This document shows, in pieces, positions 8,592-17,657 of a stretch of 32,000 bases of DNA; position 1 is the stretch's first letter, and every line of letters begins with the position of its first letter. The position numbers were made by a program, and so were the translations under genes. Below the pieces are notes generated by a model, which worked only from the letters and a program-made list of their open reading frames with translations, did not search any database and was not told where the DNA came from. The stretch covers positions 1,920,001 to 1,952,000 of the forward strand of contig NZ_RSDW01000001.1 in assembly GCF_003945235.1 (NCBI RefSeq), given 5' to 3'. This stretch comes from Edaphobacter aggregans. Its GTDB lineage: Bacteria; Acidobacteriota; Terriglobia; Terriglobales; Acidobacteriaceae.

Positions 8592-8609
8592 TATCTGAAA
8601 TATCTGAAA
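8592..8609 (+). repeat. Perfect tandem 9-mer TATCTGAAA x2 just upstream of the first GT39 gene
   Basis: TATCTGAAATATCTGAAA occupies 8592-8609, 13 nt before ATG 8623. Confidence 0.8.
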
Positions 8610-8622
8610 GAGCAGCTAAACC

Positions 8623-10710
8623 ATGATTATTTCGCCCCTCCCTGCGAGCGTCTCCGAGAATCTTGCTGAAAAAATCGCAGAAAAAATCACGGAACAGCCC
8701 CTCTCGCTTCCCCTCCCCTCCGACTCCCCCCGCCGTTCTACCTCCCTCCTCATCCTCACCGGCCTCTGGATCATCATCTTCTTCGCCGCCCTCTTCGCCC
8801 CACCCTTGCTCGACGACGCCGACGGCACCCACGCCAACGCCGCCCGTCACATGGCCCTCACCGGCGACCTCGTCACCCTCCACGTCAACGGCATCCGCTA
8901 CCTCGAAAAAGCCCCCCTCCCCTACTGGCTCGACGCCCTCAGCTTCCGCATCTTCGGCTTCAACACCTTCGCCGCCCACCTCCCCCAGGCCATCGGAGTC
9001 CTGCTCCTGGCCCTCCTCGGCTTCCACTGGGCGTCAAAAGCCTTCGGCCCCCGCACCGCCTTCTACACCGGCCTCGCCATCCTCACCTCTGCCGGAGTCT
9101 TCCTCTTCACCCGCATCTACATCCCCGAAGTCCTCCTCTCCCTCTTCCTCTGCACCGCCCTCTACACACTCCTTCAGTCGCTAAACTCCTCAAAGATTGA
9201 AGGTGTCCTCACCGAACCCGAACCGCGAGCCCACAACCTCTACCCCTACCTCATGTGGACAGCCCTCGCCCTCGCCGTCCTCACCAAAGGCCTCGTAGCC
9301 CTGGTCTTCTTCTTCGGTACCGCGATCATCTACCTCGCCCTAACCGGCGAATACCGCAACCTTCGCAAGCTAAAGCCCCTCACCGGCCTCCTGCTCTTCC
9401 TGGCCATAGCCGCCCCCTGGCACATCCTCGCCGGCCTACGAAACACCGGAGGCATGAACGGCCACGGCTTCTTCTGGTTCTACTTCGTCAACGAGCACTT
9501 CCTGCGCTTCCTCGGCAAGCGCTACCCCATGGACTACAACAAGCTCCCCGGCTATCTCTTCTGGAGCCTCCACCTAGTCTGGCTCTTCCCCTGGAGCCTC
9601 TTCCTCCCAATCGCATTCATCAAGGGATGGAATCAATGGAAGCAGCGCCGTAATGCATTTCGCCATGCTATCAAAATGGGTCGCATCCCAGAGCCTAGAC
9701 CCACACCTCCTTATGGGACGGGATACGCTCTGCGCTACCACCGGAATATGTTCACCGGAGCCCTGGGTTACGCGCTCAATGGTTTTGGCGCAAATACCAC
9801 CCTCCTCCTATTCCTCTTCTCTGCCCTGGTCCTGGTCTTCTTCTCCCTCTCTACCAACCAGGAGTACTACACCTTCCCCGCCTACCTCCCCATCTTGGCC
9901 CTGATCGCCGCAGCCTTAACCCGCGCCGAAAACACCTACGACGAAGACAAATCCTCCCGCCGCTGGATCACCTTCGCCCACGCGACCCTCACCGTCATCG
10001 GAGTCACTGCCGCATCTGCCCTCGCCTACGGTCTCTGGACCTCCCGCAATCTCCCCTTCGTCCCCGACATCGGAGACCTCCTCGCCCACCGCGGCGTAGG
10101 CGACTACACCCTCTCCATGTCGCACTTCTTCGACCTCACCGGCCCCTCCTTCGCCGCCTTGCGCCTGCCCGCAGCTCTCGCCGCCTTCGCCTTCGCCATC
10201 GGACCCGCCGTAGCATGGTGGCTCCGCACCAAAAGCCGCCACCTCGCGGCCACCACAGCCATCGCCCTCACCAGCACCGTCTTCCTCATCGCCGCCCACA
10301 TCGCCCTCGTCCGCTTTGAGCCCATGCTGTCCTCGCAGGACTTAGCCGAGAAGATTCAGGAGCTCGAAGACGACCGAGCCATCTCCCGCGACAACCAGGT
10401 CCTCCTCTACGGCGACCAGTCCTACGGCTCCTCCATCCCCTTCTACCTCGGAGAAGACGTTTACCTCGTCGACGGCCGCTCCTCCTCCATGCTCTTCGGC
10501 TCCACCTTCCCCGACGCACCCCACATATTCCTCACCCACGACGATCTTTTGAAGACATGGGGCACCGGAGAACGTAAAATACTATTTGTCCCCCTCGAAA
10601 AGCGCGACGAAGTAGACCGCCTCCTGGGCAGTAAAAAGATCCTCCTCGAGGAGACCTCCGGCAAGGCTCTATTCACCGATCGCCCTTTAGATAATCCCGC
10701 ACCAAACTAA
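8623..10710 (+). CDS. ArnT/PMT-like membrane glycosyltransferase (GT39/GT83 family), paralogue 1
   Basis: 695 aa and polytopic. The first periplasmic loop DDADGTHANAARHMALTGDLVTLHVNGIRYLEKAPLPYWL is the characteristic DD/DE plus YxEKPPL signature of ArnT/PMT_2 enzymes. Confidence 0.85.
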   Translation: MIISPLPASVSENLAEKIAEKITEQPLSLPLPSDSPRRSTSLLILTGLWIIIFFAALFAPPLLDDADGTHANAARHMALTGDLVTLHVNGIRYLEKAPLPYWLDALSFRIFGFNTFAAHLPQAIGVLLLALLGFHWASKAFGPRTAFYTGLAILTSAGVFLFTRIYIPEVLLSLFLCTALYTLLQSLNSSKIEGVLTEPEPRAHNLYPYLMWTALALAVLTKGLVALVFFFGTAIIYLALTGEYRNLRKLKPLTGLLLFLAIAAPWHILAGLRNTGGMNGHGFFWFYFVNEHFLRFLGKRYPMDYNKLPGYLFWSLHLVWLFPWSLFLPIAFIKGWNQWKQRRNAFRHAIKMGRIPEPRPTPPYGTGYALRYHRNMFTGALGYALNGFGANTTLLLFLFSALVLVFFSLSTNQEYYTFPAYLPILALIAAALTRAENTYDEDKSSRRWITFAHATLTVIGVTAASALAYGLWTSRNLPFVPDIGDLLAHRGVGDYTLSMSHFFDLTGPSFAALRLPAALAAFAFAIGPAVAWWLRTKSRHLAATTAIALTSTVFLIAAHIALVRFEPMLSSQDLAEKIQELEDDRAISRDNQVLLYGDQSYGSSIPFYLGEDVYLVDGRSSSMLFGSTFPDAPHIFLTHDDLLKTWGTGERKILFVPLEKRDEVDRLLGSKKILLEETSGKALFTDRPLDNPAPN

Positions 10711-10728
10711 CGAACCTGAACGAGACTC

Positions 10729-12792
10729 ATGAACTACCGCTCCACCCAAACCGTAGAAATCCTCCCGGCCCCAGCGGAACAGGTTTCTGCCGAGCACCAC
10801 TTCCCCACCGCCACCATCAGCACGCCCACCCGCCGTTGGAGCCCCCGCTCCATCGCCATCCTCTTCCTCGCCTGGGCCATCCTCCAGATCGGCGGCCTCT
10901 TCTCCCCCGGCCTCCTCGATGACGTCGACTCCATCTACATCGAGATCGCCCGCGAGATGCTCCACCGCCACGACTACGTCACTCCCTTCGTCAACGGCGT
11001 CCGCTTCTTCGACAAGCCGCCCCTCATGTACTGGATGGCCGCCGGCTCCATGCACCTCTTCGGCCCCTACGACTGGGCCGCCCGCATCCCCCTCGCCCTC
11101 GGCGTCCTCGCCCTCCTCCTCGCCGTCTACGCCCTCGGCATCCGCCTCTTCAGCAGCATCTCCCCCGCCAGCGCACCCGACCGCGGAGGCTTCTACGCCG
11201 CCCTCGCCCTCGCCACCAGCATCGGCCCCTACCTCTACACCCGCTTCTACATCCCCGACATCCTCCTGGCCCTCTGGATGACGCTAGCCGTCCACCTCTT
11301 CCTAATAGCCCTGGACCGCATTCAAGCGAACCACCTCCAAGTCGAAGACTTCGACTCACCAAAGAACCGGGTGCCCCATTCATCGCAGTCTCATCGTGAT
11401 GAGTGGAACATTCGTACGAAGCACGAGCCGTTCTCCTCTCTCACCCACAAATCCCCCCTCCTCCCCTGCCTGGCCTTCGCTGCCATCATGGCCCTCAACG
11501 TCCTCACCAAAGGACTCATCGGCCTCGTCTTCCCCATAGCCTTCGTCTTCCTCTACCTGGCCGTCACAAAGCAGCTCCGCCTCCTCACCAAGTTCCACCT
11601 CCTCGCCAGCACCGCCGTCTTCCTCGCGATAGCCGCCCCCTGGCACATCCTCGCCGCCATCCGCACCCCGGCGATCCCGCTCCCCGCCGGCATGGGCCTC
11701 CCCGCCACCGGAGGCTGGGCCTGGTTCTATCTCTACAACGAGCACATCGCCCGCTTCCTCGGCCGCCGTATCCCCCACGATTACGGCCAGGTCCCCATCC
11801 CCCTCTTCTGGCTCCTCAACGCCCTCTGGATCATGCCTTGGGCCACCTTCCTCACCCCCGCCCTCACCGACCACATCCGAACCCTCCGCAACCGCAGCGC
11901 AACCACCGCACGTCAATACGAAACCGCACTTTCCCTCATCCTCTGGACCGTCGTCGTCCTCGGCTTCTTCACCCTCTCCAGCCGTCAGGAGTACTACGGC
12001 CTCCCCGCACTCCCGGCCCTGGCCCTCATGGCCGCAAGCCTCCTCACCCGTGCCGACGACAATAGCGCCAAAGCCCGCACCAGCGCCCTCAACTGGACCC
12101 TCTACTTCCTCGTCCCCCTCACCACCCTGATCGCCCTCATCTGCGGATACTTCGCCATCACCGCCCCCCATCCCGCCCCCGGTGCCGACATAGCATCCCT
12201 CATCGCCGCCAACCCCGAGTTCTACAACCTCTCCCTCGGCCACCTCTTCGACCTCACCGGAGCAGCCATGGGCCTCTTCCGTGGTCCTCTCGCCGCCGTC
12301 GCCCTCAGCATGCTGGTCATCGGCCCCGTCAGCTACCTGCTCCGCCGCACCGGACGAACCTACTCCGCAAACCTCACCCTCGCCGCAGCGATGACCGTCA
12401 CTCTCCTGGCCGCGCACGAAGGCCTCGCCCGCTTCTACCCCATCCTCGGCTCGAAAGATCTAGCCGTAGCCATCAACCGCGCCGGCATCCAGCCCACCGA
12501 CAAAATCATCCTCGACGGCGAACTCACCTCCGGCTCCACCCTCGTCTTCTACACCCGGCAGCAGGTCCACCTCGTGCGCGGAAGAGTCAACGGCCTCTGG
12601 TACGGCAGCTTCTGGCCCGACGCCCCTCAAATCTTCGAGACCGAAGACTCACTCCACCAGCTCTGGTCCAGTTCCCGCCGCATCTTCCTCATGACCTACG
12701 ACCCCAGCCGCGCCGCCGACCTAGCCCACTACGGCCCAGTCCACACCCTCGCCTCCTCCGGAGGAAAGATTCTCCTCTCCAACCAGAACTAA
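10729..12792 (+). CDS. ArnT/PMT-like membrane glycosyltransferase (GT39/GT83 family), paralogue 2
   Basis: 687 aa. DDVDSIYIEIAREMLHRHDYVTPFVNGVRFFDKPPLMYWM. It aligns with paralogue 1 along its length, including the C-terminal soluble domain (...FPDAPHIF / ...WPDAPQIF). Confidence 0.85.
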   Translation: MNYRSTQTVEILPAPAEQVSAEHHFPTATISTPTRRWSPRSIAILFLAWAILQIGGLFSPGLLDDVDSIYIEIAREMLHRHDYVTPFVNGVRFFDKPPLMYWMAAGSMHLFGPYDWAARIPLALGVLALLLAVYALGIRLFSSISPASAPDRGGFYAALALATSIGPYLYTRFYIPDILLALWMTLAVHLFLIALDRIQANHLQVEDFDSPKNRVPHSSQSHRDEWNIRTKHEPFSSLTHKSPLLPCLAFAAIMALNVLTKGLIGLVFPIAFVFLYLAVTKQLRLLTKFHLLASTAVFLAIAAPWHILAAIRTPAIPLPAGMGLPATGGWAWFYLYNEHIARFLGRRIPHDYGQVPIPLFWLLNALWIMPWATFLTPALTDHIRTLRNRSATTARQYETALSLILWTVVVLGFFTLSSRQEYYGLPALPALALMAASLLTRADDNSAKARTSALNWTLYFLVPLTTLIALICGYFAITAPHPAPGADIASLIAANPEFYNLSLGHLFDLTGAAMGLFRGPLAAVALSMLVIGPVSYLLRRTGRTYSANLTLAAAMTVTLLAAHEGLARFYPILGSKDLAVAINRAGIQPTDKIILDGELTSGSTLVFYTRQQVHLVRGRVNGLWYGSFWPDAPQIFETEDSLHQLWSSSRRIFLMTYDPSRAADLAHYGPVHTLASSGGKILLSNQN
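11367..11408 (+). repeat. Repeat locus 3: D-module variant embedded in-frame in GT39 paralogue 2
   Basis: CCGGGTGCCCCATTCATCGCAGTCTCATCGTGATGAGTGGAA shares its first 13 nt and the downstream TCATCG...GGTGG/AGTGG pattern with the intergenic D copies at 4515 and 21558. It encodes ..NRVPHSSQSHRDEWN.., which is absent from paralogue 1. Confidence 0.7.
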
Positions 12793-12850
12793 GAGGCCTC
12801 TCAGACGGTAGCACTCAGTTGGCAATCTACTGTCACCATCCTCCGATTAG

Positions 12851-12934
12851 CTGTCGCAGTTGCACCTAGGTACCCCAAGGCTTCAGCCTTGGGTCTCTCT
12901 CAGCGCAAAACAGAAGGGGGCTTTAGCCCCTGAG
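12851..12934 (+). repeat. Repeat locus 4: short hexamer tract, then E and F
   Basis: E at 12866-12899 is identical to the copy at 4904-4937. F is at 12912-12934 (GGGGCTTTAGCCCC). The locus lies in a convergent intergenic region. Confidence 0.9.
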
Positions 12935-12964
12935 ATATGCCTTCAGATCCTCGCGAGATACGAA

Positions 12965-14137
12965 TTAGCCAATCTCCTTATACCGCCCATCCGCATCAAT
13001 CGAAAACTTCCCCCCGTGGTAATAAACGTGCCCCGGCAAATAACTAAAAACCCAAAGTACCCCACCCAACAAATCCCGCAACGGATAGATCGCGGTCTGC
13101 CACACCCACATCGGCTCCCCCAGCACTCTGAGCATTACCCCAGCCTGCAGCCACCGATTAACACAACTCCCCATCAGCAGCAGCAACCCGGCAATCGGAT
13201 GCCCCGCCAGCAGGCCCCACAGCAGCCCCACCAGCCCAAACGGCACACTGAACGTCAACCCTGTCCCCAAATGCCCTAACGGGCGCGACCGTCGCGTACT
13301 CTGCATCCACCGCAACTGATTCTTAAACGACAGCGCAAACGAAGTCTCCGGCACCACCAGCCGAATCACCTGCGGCGATATCATCACGCCCTTTCCCTGC
13401 TCAGCCAGCCGCTTGCCCAGTACATAGTCTTCCGCCTGATACTGCCCCAAATCCGCATACCCACCCGCATCATAGAAAGCCTGCCGCTGCAGCACCATGA
13501 TCACGCCCAGCGCAAACTTAGTGCCGCCCTCCACCATATTCGCGACCAGCACACCCGAACCCATCTCGACGCTCTTGCCCACCGCATCCAGCTCCGTAGC
13601 CAGGTTCGACACATCCGCCGTCCCCAGATACAAGCACCAAGACAGTTCGAGCTTCGGATCCGCCATAGGCTGCACAACACGCCTCAAAAAATCCCTCTCT
13701 ACCCGAGCATCCGCATCCGCCGTCACCAGCAGCTCATGCTCCGCCGCCTCCGCCATCACCCCAAGTGAAAACATCTTCGGATTCGGGTACTCTGGCTCCC
13801 CACAAGCGATATACCGAGCCTTCACCCCCGGATACCGCTCTCCCACCCGCCGAGCAGCCTTCAACCCTTCATCCGTCTCATGCCGCGCACAAAACAGCAG
13901 CTCAAACTCCGGATACTCTTGCTCAAAAAACGTCTCAAGACTCCGTTCCAACCCCGGCTCAATCCCATGCAGCGGCTTCAGCACACTAACCGGCGGCATG
14001 AACGGCCCCGCATGATCCACGCGCCGCCGCCGCAAACCAAACCGCACCGCTGCGACCACCACCATCAGGCAGTAGATCCCAGACGTGACCGTACCAACCA
14101 CCGCAACCCAAAACAAAATCTGAAGCAACAAGCTCAT
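12965..14137 (-). CDS. GT2/GT21-family glycosyltransferase (ceramide glucosyltransferase / hopanoid HpnI-like)
   Basis: N-terminal TM helix, then VSVLKPLHGIEPGLERSLETFFEQEYPEFELLF, TADADARV (DxD) and a C-terminal QLRWMQS (QxxRW-type) motif. This layout matches my memory of Glyco_transf_21/HpnI proteins. Confidence 0.75.
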   Translation of the reverse strand: MSLLLQILFWVAVVGTVTSGIYCLMVVVAAVRFGLRRRRVDHAGPFMPPVSVLKPLHGIEPGLERSLETFFEQEYPEFELLFCARHETDEGLKAARRVGERYPGVKARYIACGEPEYPNPKMFSLGVMAEAAEHELLVTADADARVERDFLRRVVQPMADPKLELSWCLYLGTADVSNLATELDAVGKSVEMGSGVLVANMVEGGTKFALGVIMVLQRQAFYDAGGYADLGQYQAEDYVLGKRLAEQGKGVMISPQVIRLVVPETSFALSFKNQLRWMQSTRRSRPLGHLGTGLTFSVPFGLVGLLWGLLAGHPIAGLLLLMGSCVNRWLQAGVMLRVLGEPMWVWQTAIYPLRDLLGGVLWVFSYLPGHVYYHGGKFSIDADGRYKEIG

Positions 14138-14268
14138 CTCATCCTTGAACGCCGTCCAAGCTCAAAAGCTCGCGAAACAGGCAGTCTTCAAGTCTATCGC
14201 AGCAGAAATCCCCAGTTTCTTATCCGCGTTCATCCGTGGCCGGTCGCTCACTACCACGGCCCACCGAG

Positions 14269-14667
14269 CTACTTCTTCTTCACAATCTTCACCGGAACCA
14301 CCATCGGCCGCCGCAGCGGAACCAGCCCCGCCTCCGGAGTCTGCTGCTGATGCATCCGCGTCAACATTTCCGTACGCACATAGTCGACAAACCCCTGCAT
14401 CTGGCGGTTCATCTCCTCCATGCGCTCCCGCATCTGCAGCACAATCGCAATCCCCGCGATATTCACCCCAAGATCGCGTGCCAGATTCAAAATAAACTCC
14501 AGCCGTTCCAGATCCTCATCCGTATACAGCCGAGTATTCCCTTCACTCCGCGAAGGCCGTAGCAACCCCTCCCGCTCATACAGCCTCAACGTCTGCGGAT
14601 GAATCTGATACATCTCCGCCACCGCCGAGATCATATAAGCACCCTTATTCTTCCGCTTCGTCACCAT
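14269..14667 (-). CDS. hspR: MerR-family heat-shock repressor HspR
   Basis: YMISAVAEMYQIHPQTLRLYEREGLLRPSRSEGNTRLYTDEDLERLEFI is a MerR-type HTH closely resembling HspR. The gene lies directly downstream of dnaJ. The track ORF starts at TTG 14724; I prefer ATG 14667 (MVTKRKNKGAY...). Confidence 0.8.
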   Translation of the reverse strand: MVTKRKNKGAYMISAVAEMYQIHPQTLRLYEREGLLRPSRSEGNTRLYTDEDLERLEFILNLARDLGVNIAGIAIVLQMRERMEEMNRQMQGFVDYVRTEMLTRMHQQQTPEAGLVPLRRPMVVPVKIVKKK

Positions 14668-14736
14668 AACCCAACCTTCTACTGCTTTACCGAAGTCTAG
14701 CTCTTCCGCGCACCGCAACGTCAAACAAAACTCATT

Positions 14737-14811
14737 CGCGTTGCCTTCGCATTACCTTTCACCGTTGCTGTTGCTCCTCTTGTTATCATCCCCGAAGGGG
14801 ATCTGCTTCTG
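14737..14811 (+). repeat. Repeat locus 5: hexamer tract plus A box
   Basis: ATCATCCCCGAAGGGGATCTGCTTCTG lies at 14785-14811, preceded by GTTGCN-type hexamers. It sits between dnaJ and hspR. Confidence 0.85.
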
Positions 14812-14931
14812 TCCTTGATTTGCAGGTGTCGTTCCTTTCCCCTGGCTCGCACTCCTCGCGCATATCACCGTCATCATCCGCAGTGCTTTTAATCGGTGTC
14901 ATCCGCCTTGATCGGTGTTAAGCCTTTTGTT

Positions 14932-16182
14932 CTACGCCTTCGCAAACAACTCCTCCCGCGGATCCTCCGGATTCAGCTTCGCCAACTCCCGCAAAATCTC
15001 CTTCGACCGCTCATCCTGCACCTTCGGCACGACAACCTTGACCTCAACAATCTGATCCCCGCGCTTGCCCTCCTGCGAAGCGCTCGGCACGCCCTTCTCC
15101 CGCAACCGCAGCTTCTGCCCCGACTGCGTTCCCGGCGGAACCTTCAACTGCGTCCGTCCGCCTCCATCATGCGTATCGATCGTCGGCACATCGATCTTCG
15201 CTCCCAGCGCTGCCTCCGAAATTGCAACCGGAACGGTTACATAAATATCATCCGCGTTCCGCGTAAACACAGGATGCGTCCCCGCCTTAATAATCAGATA
15301 AAGATCCCCAGCAGGCCCGCCATTCGTACCTGCATTACCCTTACCCGCCAGCCGAATCCGCTGCCCATCCCGAGTCCCCGGCTTGATCCGGAACTCAAGC
15401 TGCTCCTTCTTCGTCACCACACCCGCCCCATCGCACGTCGGGCAGCTATTCTGCACCTTCCCCGAACCGCCGCACCGAGGGCACTGGATATTGAACTTCA
15501 TCCGCCCGCCCATCTGCGTCACCTGGCCCGAGCCATGGCACTCCGGGCACTCCACACTGCCGCCCGTCGTCGACTTCCCCTTGCACGTCGGGCAGATCTC
15601 CTGCCGCTGAATCTCCAGCCGAGTCACGCCACCGCGCACCGCCGTCCAGAAGTCCACACTCACCTGGTACTCAAGATCAGTCCCCGGCTGAGGTCCACGC
15701 GCCCCACGGTTCCCCGTAAACATCCCACTGAAGATGTCCCGGAAGCTTCCGCCAAATCCTCCACTCGCTTCCTGCTGCCGTGTGTTGCCGCTTTGAAAGT
15801 CCGAAAAATCGAATCCCTCAAAGTCGAACGGAACCTCTTGCGCACCACCGTGTCCGCCTGCCTGCGCGCCGCCGCCGTACCCGCCTCCTGGAAACCCGCC
15901 GCCCGCATACCCCCCGCGAGCAGCAGCCTCAGCCGCCGCAGCATCGATGTTGTCCGAGTAGAACCCGAACTGGTCATAGATCTTCCGCTTCTTGTCATCG
16001 CTCAGAACATCGTTCGCCTCCGAGATCTCCTTGAACTTCTCCTCCGCCTTCTTGTCCCCCGGATTCACGTCCGGGTGATACTTACGCGCAGCCTTCCTGA
16101 ACGCCTTCCGAATCTCATCCGCCGTAGCCGTCTTCTTGACGCCCAGCGTGCCGTAATAATCTTTTGTCTTAGTCGTCGCCAT
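14932..16182 (-). CDS. dnaJ: Molecular chaperone DnaJ (Hsp40, type I)
   Basis: J domain with YHPDVNPGD (HPD). G/F-rich linker. Four CxxCxGxG zinc-finger repeats ([32 protein letters not shown]). Confidence 0.95.
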   Translation of the reverse strand: MATTKTKDYYGTLGVKKTATADEIRKAFRKAARKYHPDVNPGDKKAEEKFKEISEANDVLSDDKKRKIYDQFGFYSDNIDAAAAEAAARGGYAGGGFPGGGYGGGAQAGGHGGAQEVPFDFEGFDFSDFQSGNTRQQEASGGFGGSFRDIFSGMFTGNRGARGPQPGTDLEYQVSVDFWTAVRGGVTRLEIQRQEICPTCKGKSTTGGSVECPECHGSGQVTQMGGRMKFNIQCPRCGGSGKVQNSCPTCDGAGVVTKKEQLEFRIKPGTRDGQRIRLAGKGNAGTNGGPAGDLYLIIKAGTHPVFTRNADDIYVTVPVAISEAALGAKIDVPTIDTHDGGGRTQLKVPPGTQSGQKLRLREKGVPSASQEGKRGDQIVEVKVVVPKVQDERSKEILRELAKLNPEDPREELFAKA

Positions 16183-16251
16183 AGTCTTCTTCCATTCTGC
16201 AACCAGCGCGAGCCTTCCGCGCCTCGAAACCTTCTACTCTCCCTAAAATTC

Positions 16252-17136
16252 TCACTCAGCCTGGCACACCGGACACCAGAACAGATTCCGCCCCGCCATC
16301 TCCTTCTTCAAAACATCCGTCCCACAAACAAAGCAAGGCCGCCCATTCCTCCGATACACATAATGAGCCTCCTCCTTCAAAGCCTGCCCCGTCTTATGCG
16401 GCCGATCCGCAGGCTTCGTCGTCACAATCCTGCGATCCACCATCCCTGCCTTCATCAAAACGCCCGCCTCTTTCCATATCGACCGCAGCGTCTTCTCCTC
16501 CACATCCTTGCCGACACGAAACGGACTCAGCCTCGCCCGATACAACAGTTCTGCACGATAAATATTTCCAACCCCCGCAGCAACCGTCTGGTCCATCAGC
16601 AGCTCACCAATCGGCTTCCTGCTCTTCGCTACCTTCGCGATCATCCTCTCCGGCCCATCGCCATTCAGCGGATCAGGCCCCAGCCGCTTCAACAACCCAT
16701 CCCACTTCTCCTGCGAATACACCGAGCAGTCCATCGGCCCGCGCAGCTCAACCCACGCAACCTTATCCGCGTCGATGTTGTCCGTCCCATCATCGTCCGA
16801 GTACCATCCATGCCGCTTGCTGACACCCGGCACAGCAGGCCTCTTCACCGCAGCCGCATTCCACATCCGTAGCCGCAGCGCGCCCTTCACGTCGGGCAGC
16901 GGTCCCGAGCCCTCTGTAAAATCCCCCTGCAATCCAAGATGAACATGCAGAATCCGGTCCTTCCCAAAGTCATACCCCAGGTGCTTGCCCACGGCCATCA
17001 CCCGCTCAAGCTTCCGCCCATCCAGAACATCCGCATCGGTAAACCGACCCTGCGGTCCATCCACCCTCACCGGCTTCCCGGCAAACGCCGTCGTATGACG
17101 CTCCGCCCACCGATGAATCTCATTCCCTTCAGGCAC
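16252..17136 (-). CDS. nei: Fpg/Nei-family DNA glycosylase (endonuclease VIII-like)
   Basis: N-terminal MPEGNEI (catalytic Pro2/Glu3). H2TH motif LMDQTVAAGVGNIYRAELLYRARLSP. C-terminal zinc finger CFVCG...WCPVCQ. Confidence 0.8.
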   Translation of the reverse strand: MPEGNEIHRWAERHTTAFAGKPVRVDGPQGRFTDADVLDGRKLERVMAVGKHLGYDFGKDRILHVHLGLQGDFTEGSGPLPDVKGALRLRMWNAAAVKRPAVPGVSKRHGWYSDDDGTDNIDADKVAWVELRGPMDCSVYSQEKWDGLLKRLGPDPLNGDGPERMIAKVAKSRKPIGELLMDQTVAAGVGNIYRAELLYRARLSPFRVGKDVEEKTLRSIWKEAGVLMKAGMVDRRIVTTKPADRPHKTGQALKEEAHYVYRRNGRPCFVCGTDVLKKEMAGRNLFWCPVCQAE

Positions 17137-17238
17137 TCAACCCTCCCAGAAATTCCATCCACAACGAACGATGGCGACGGGCACTGGTCATTTACCAGAA
17201 CTACCGTCGCCACGCCCTTACTTCTACTTCCTGAAACT

Positions 17239-17409
17239 TTAGTTCCAGACCTGCTTCGCTTCAATTGCTTCGATCGAAAACATCTGGTCCGGCTCCATCT
17301 GCTGCATCCGATGCGCAAACTGTTCTGCCTCTTCGCGCGTATCGAACATCATGCGGTTATATAGCTTTCCCGCACGAACCTGGTCGCATCTCCACATCGT
17401 CTCGGTCAT
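17239..17409 (-). CDS. Small hypothetical protein (56 aa) inside the dnaK-dnaJ unit
   Basis: The track ORF is 17239..17508. The internal ATG at 17409 is preceded by GGAGG with a 7-nt spacer (cgattacttGGAGGtaaggctATG). The product is MTETMWRCDQVRAGKLYNRMMFDTREEAEQFAHRMQQMEPDQMFSIEAIEAKQVWN. No family recognised. Confidence 0.5.
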   Translation of the reverse strand: MTETMWRCDQVRAGKLYNRMMFDTREEAEQFAHRMQQMEPDQMFSIEAIEAKQVWN

Positions 17410-17572
17410 AGCCTTACCTCCAAGTAATCGATTGAGTTCCAGGTTCTCCAGCCACAACACATCAGAAAAACTATCGTCGTTTCTATTCCTACTTCGGTTC
17501 ACTTGCAATAACCTTTCCTGGTCACTAGACGCACTCTACACGCCAACCACGTTATTCAGGCCCGGTACAACA

Positions 17573-17606
17573 AGAGGGGCACCCACTACGGAACGCCCCT
17601 CTTTTT
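17573..17606 (-). terminator. GC-rich hairpin downstream of dnaK (possible attenuator or terminator)
   Basis: AGAGGGGC (17573-17580) pairs with GCCCCTCT (17595-17602). The minus-strand tail is TTGTTGT. The cleaner T-run (TTTTT) is actually on the + strand, so orientation and function are uncertain. Confidence 0.4.
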
Positions 17607-17657
17607 ACTACGCAACTGCAACCACTTTGGACTACACTTACTGCTCTTTATTTCTCT

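Noticed and set aside
14896-16872. 658-aa + strand ORF
   Set aside because: It is antisense to the unmistakable dnaJ and nei genes. The translation is Arg/Leu/Pro/His-rich low-complexity sequence, which is a by-product of the C-rich, stop-poor + strand.
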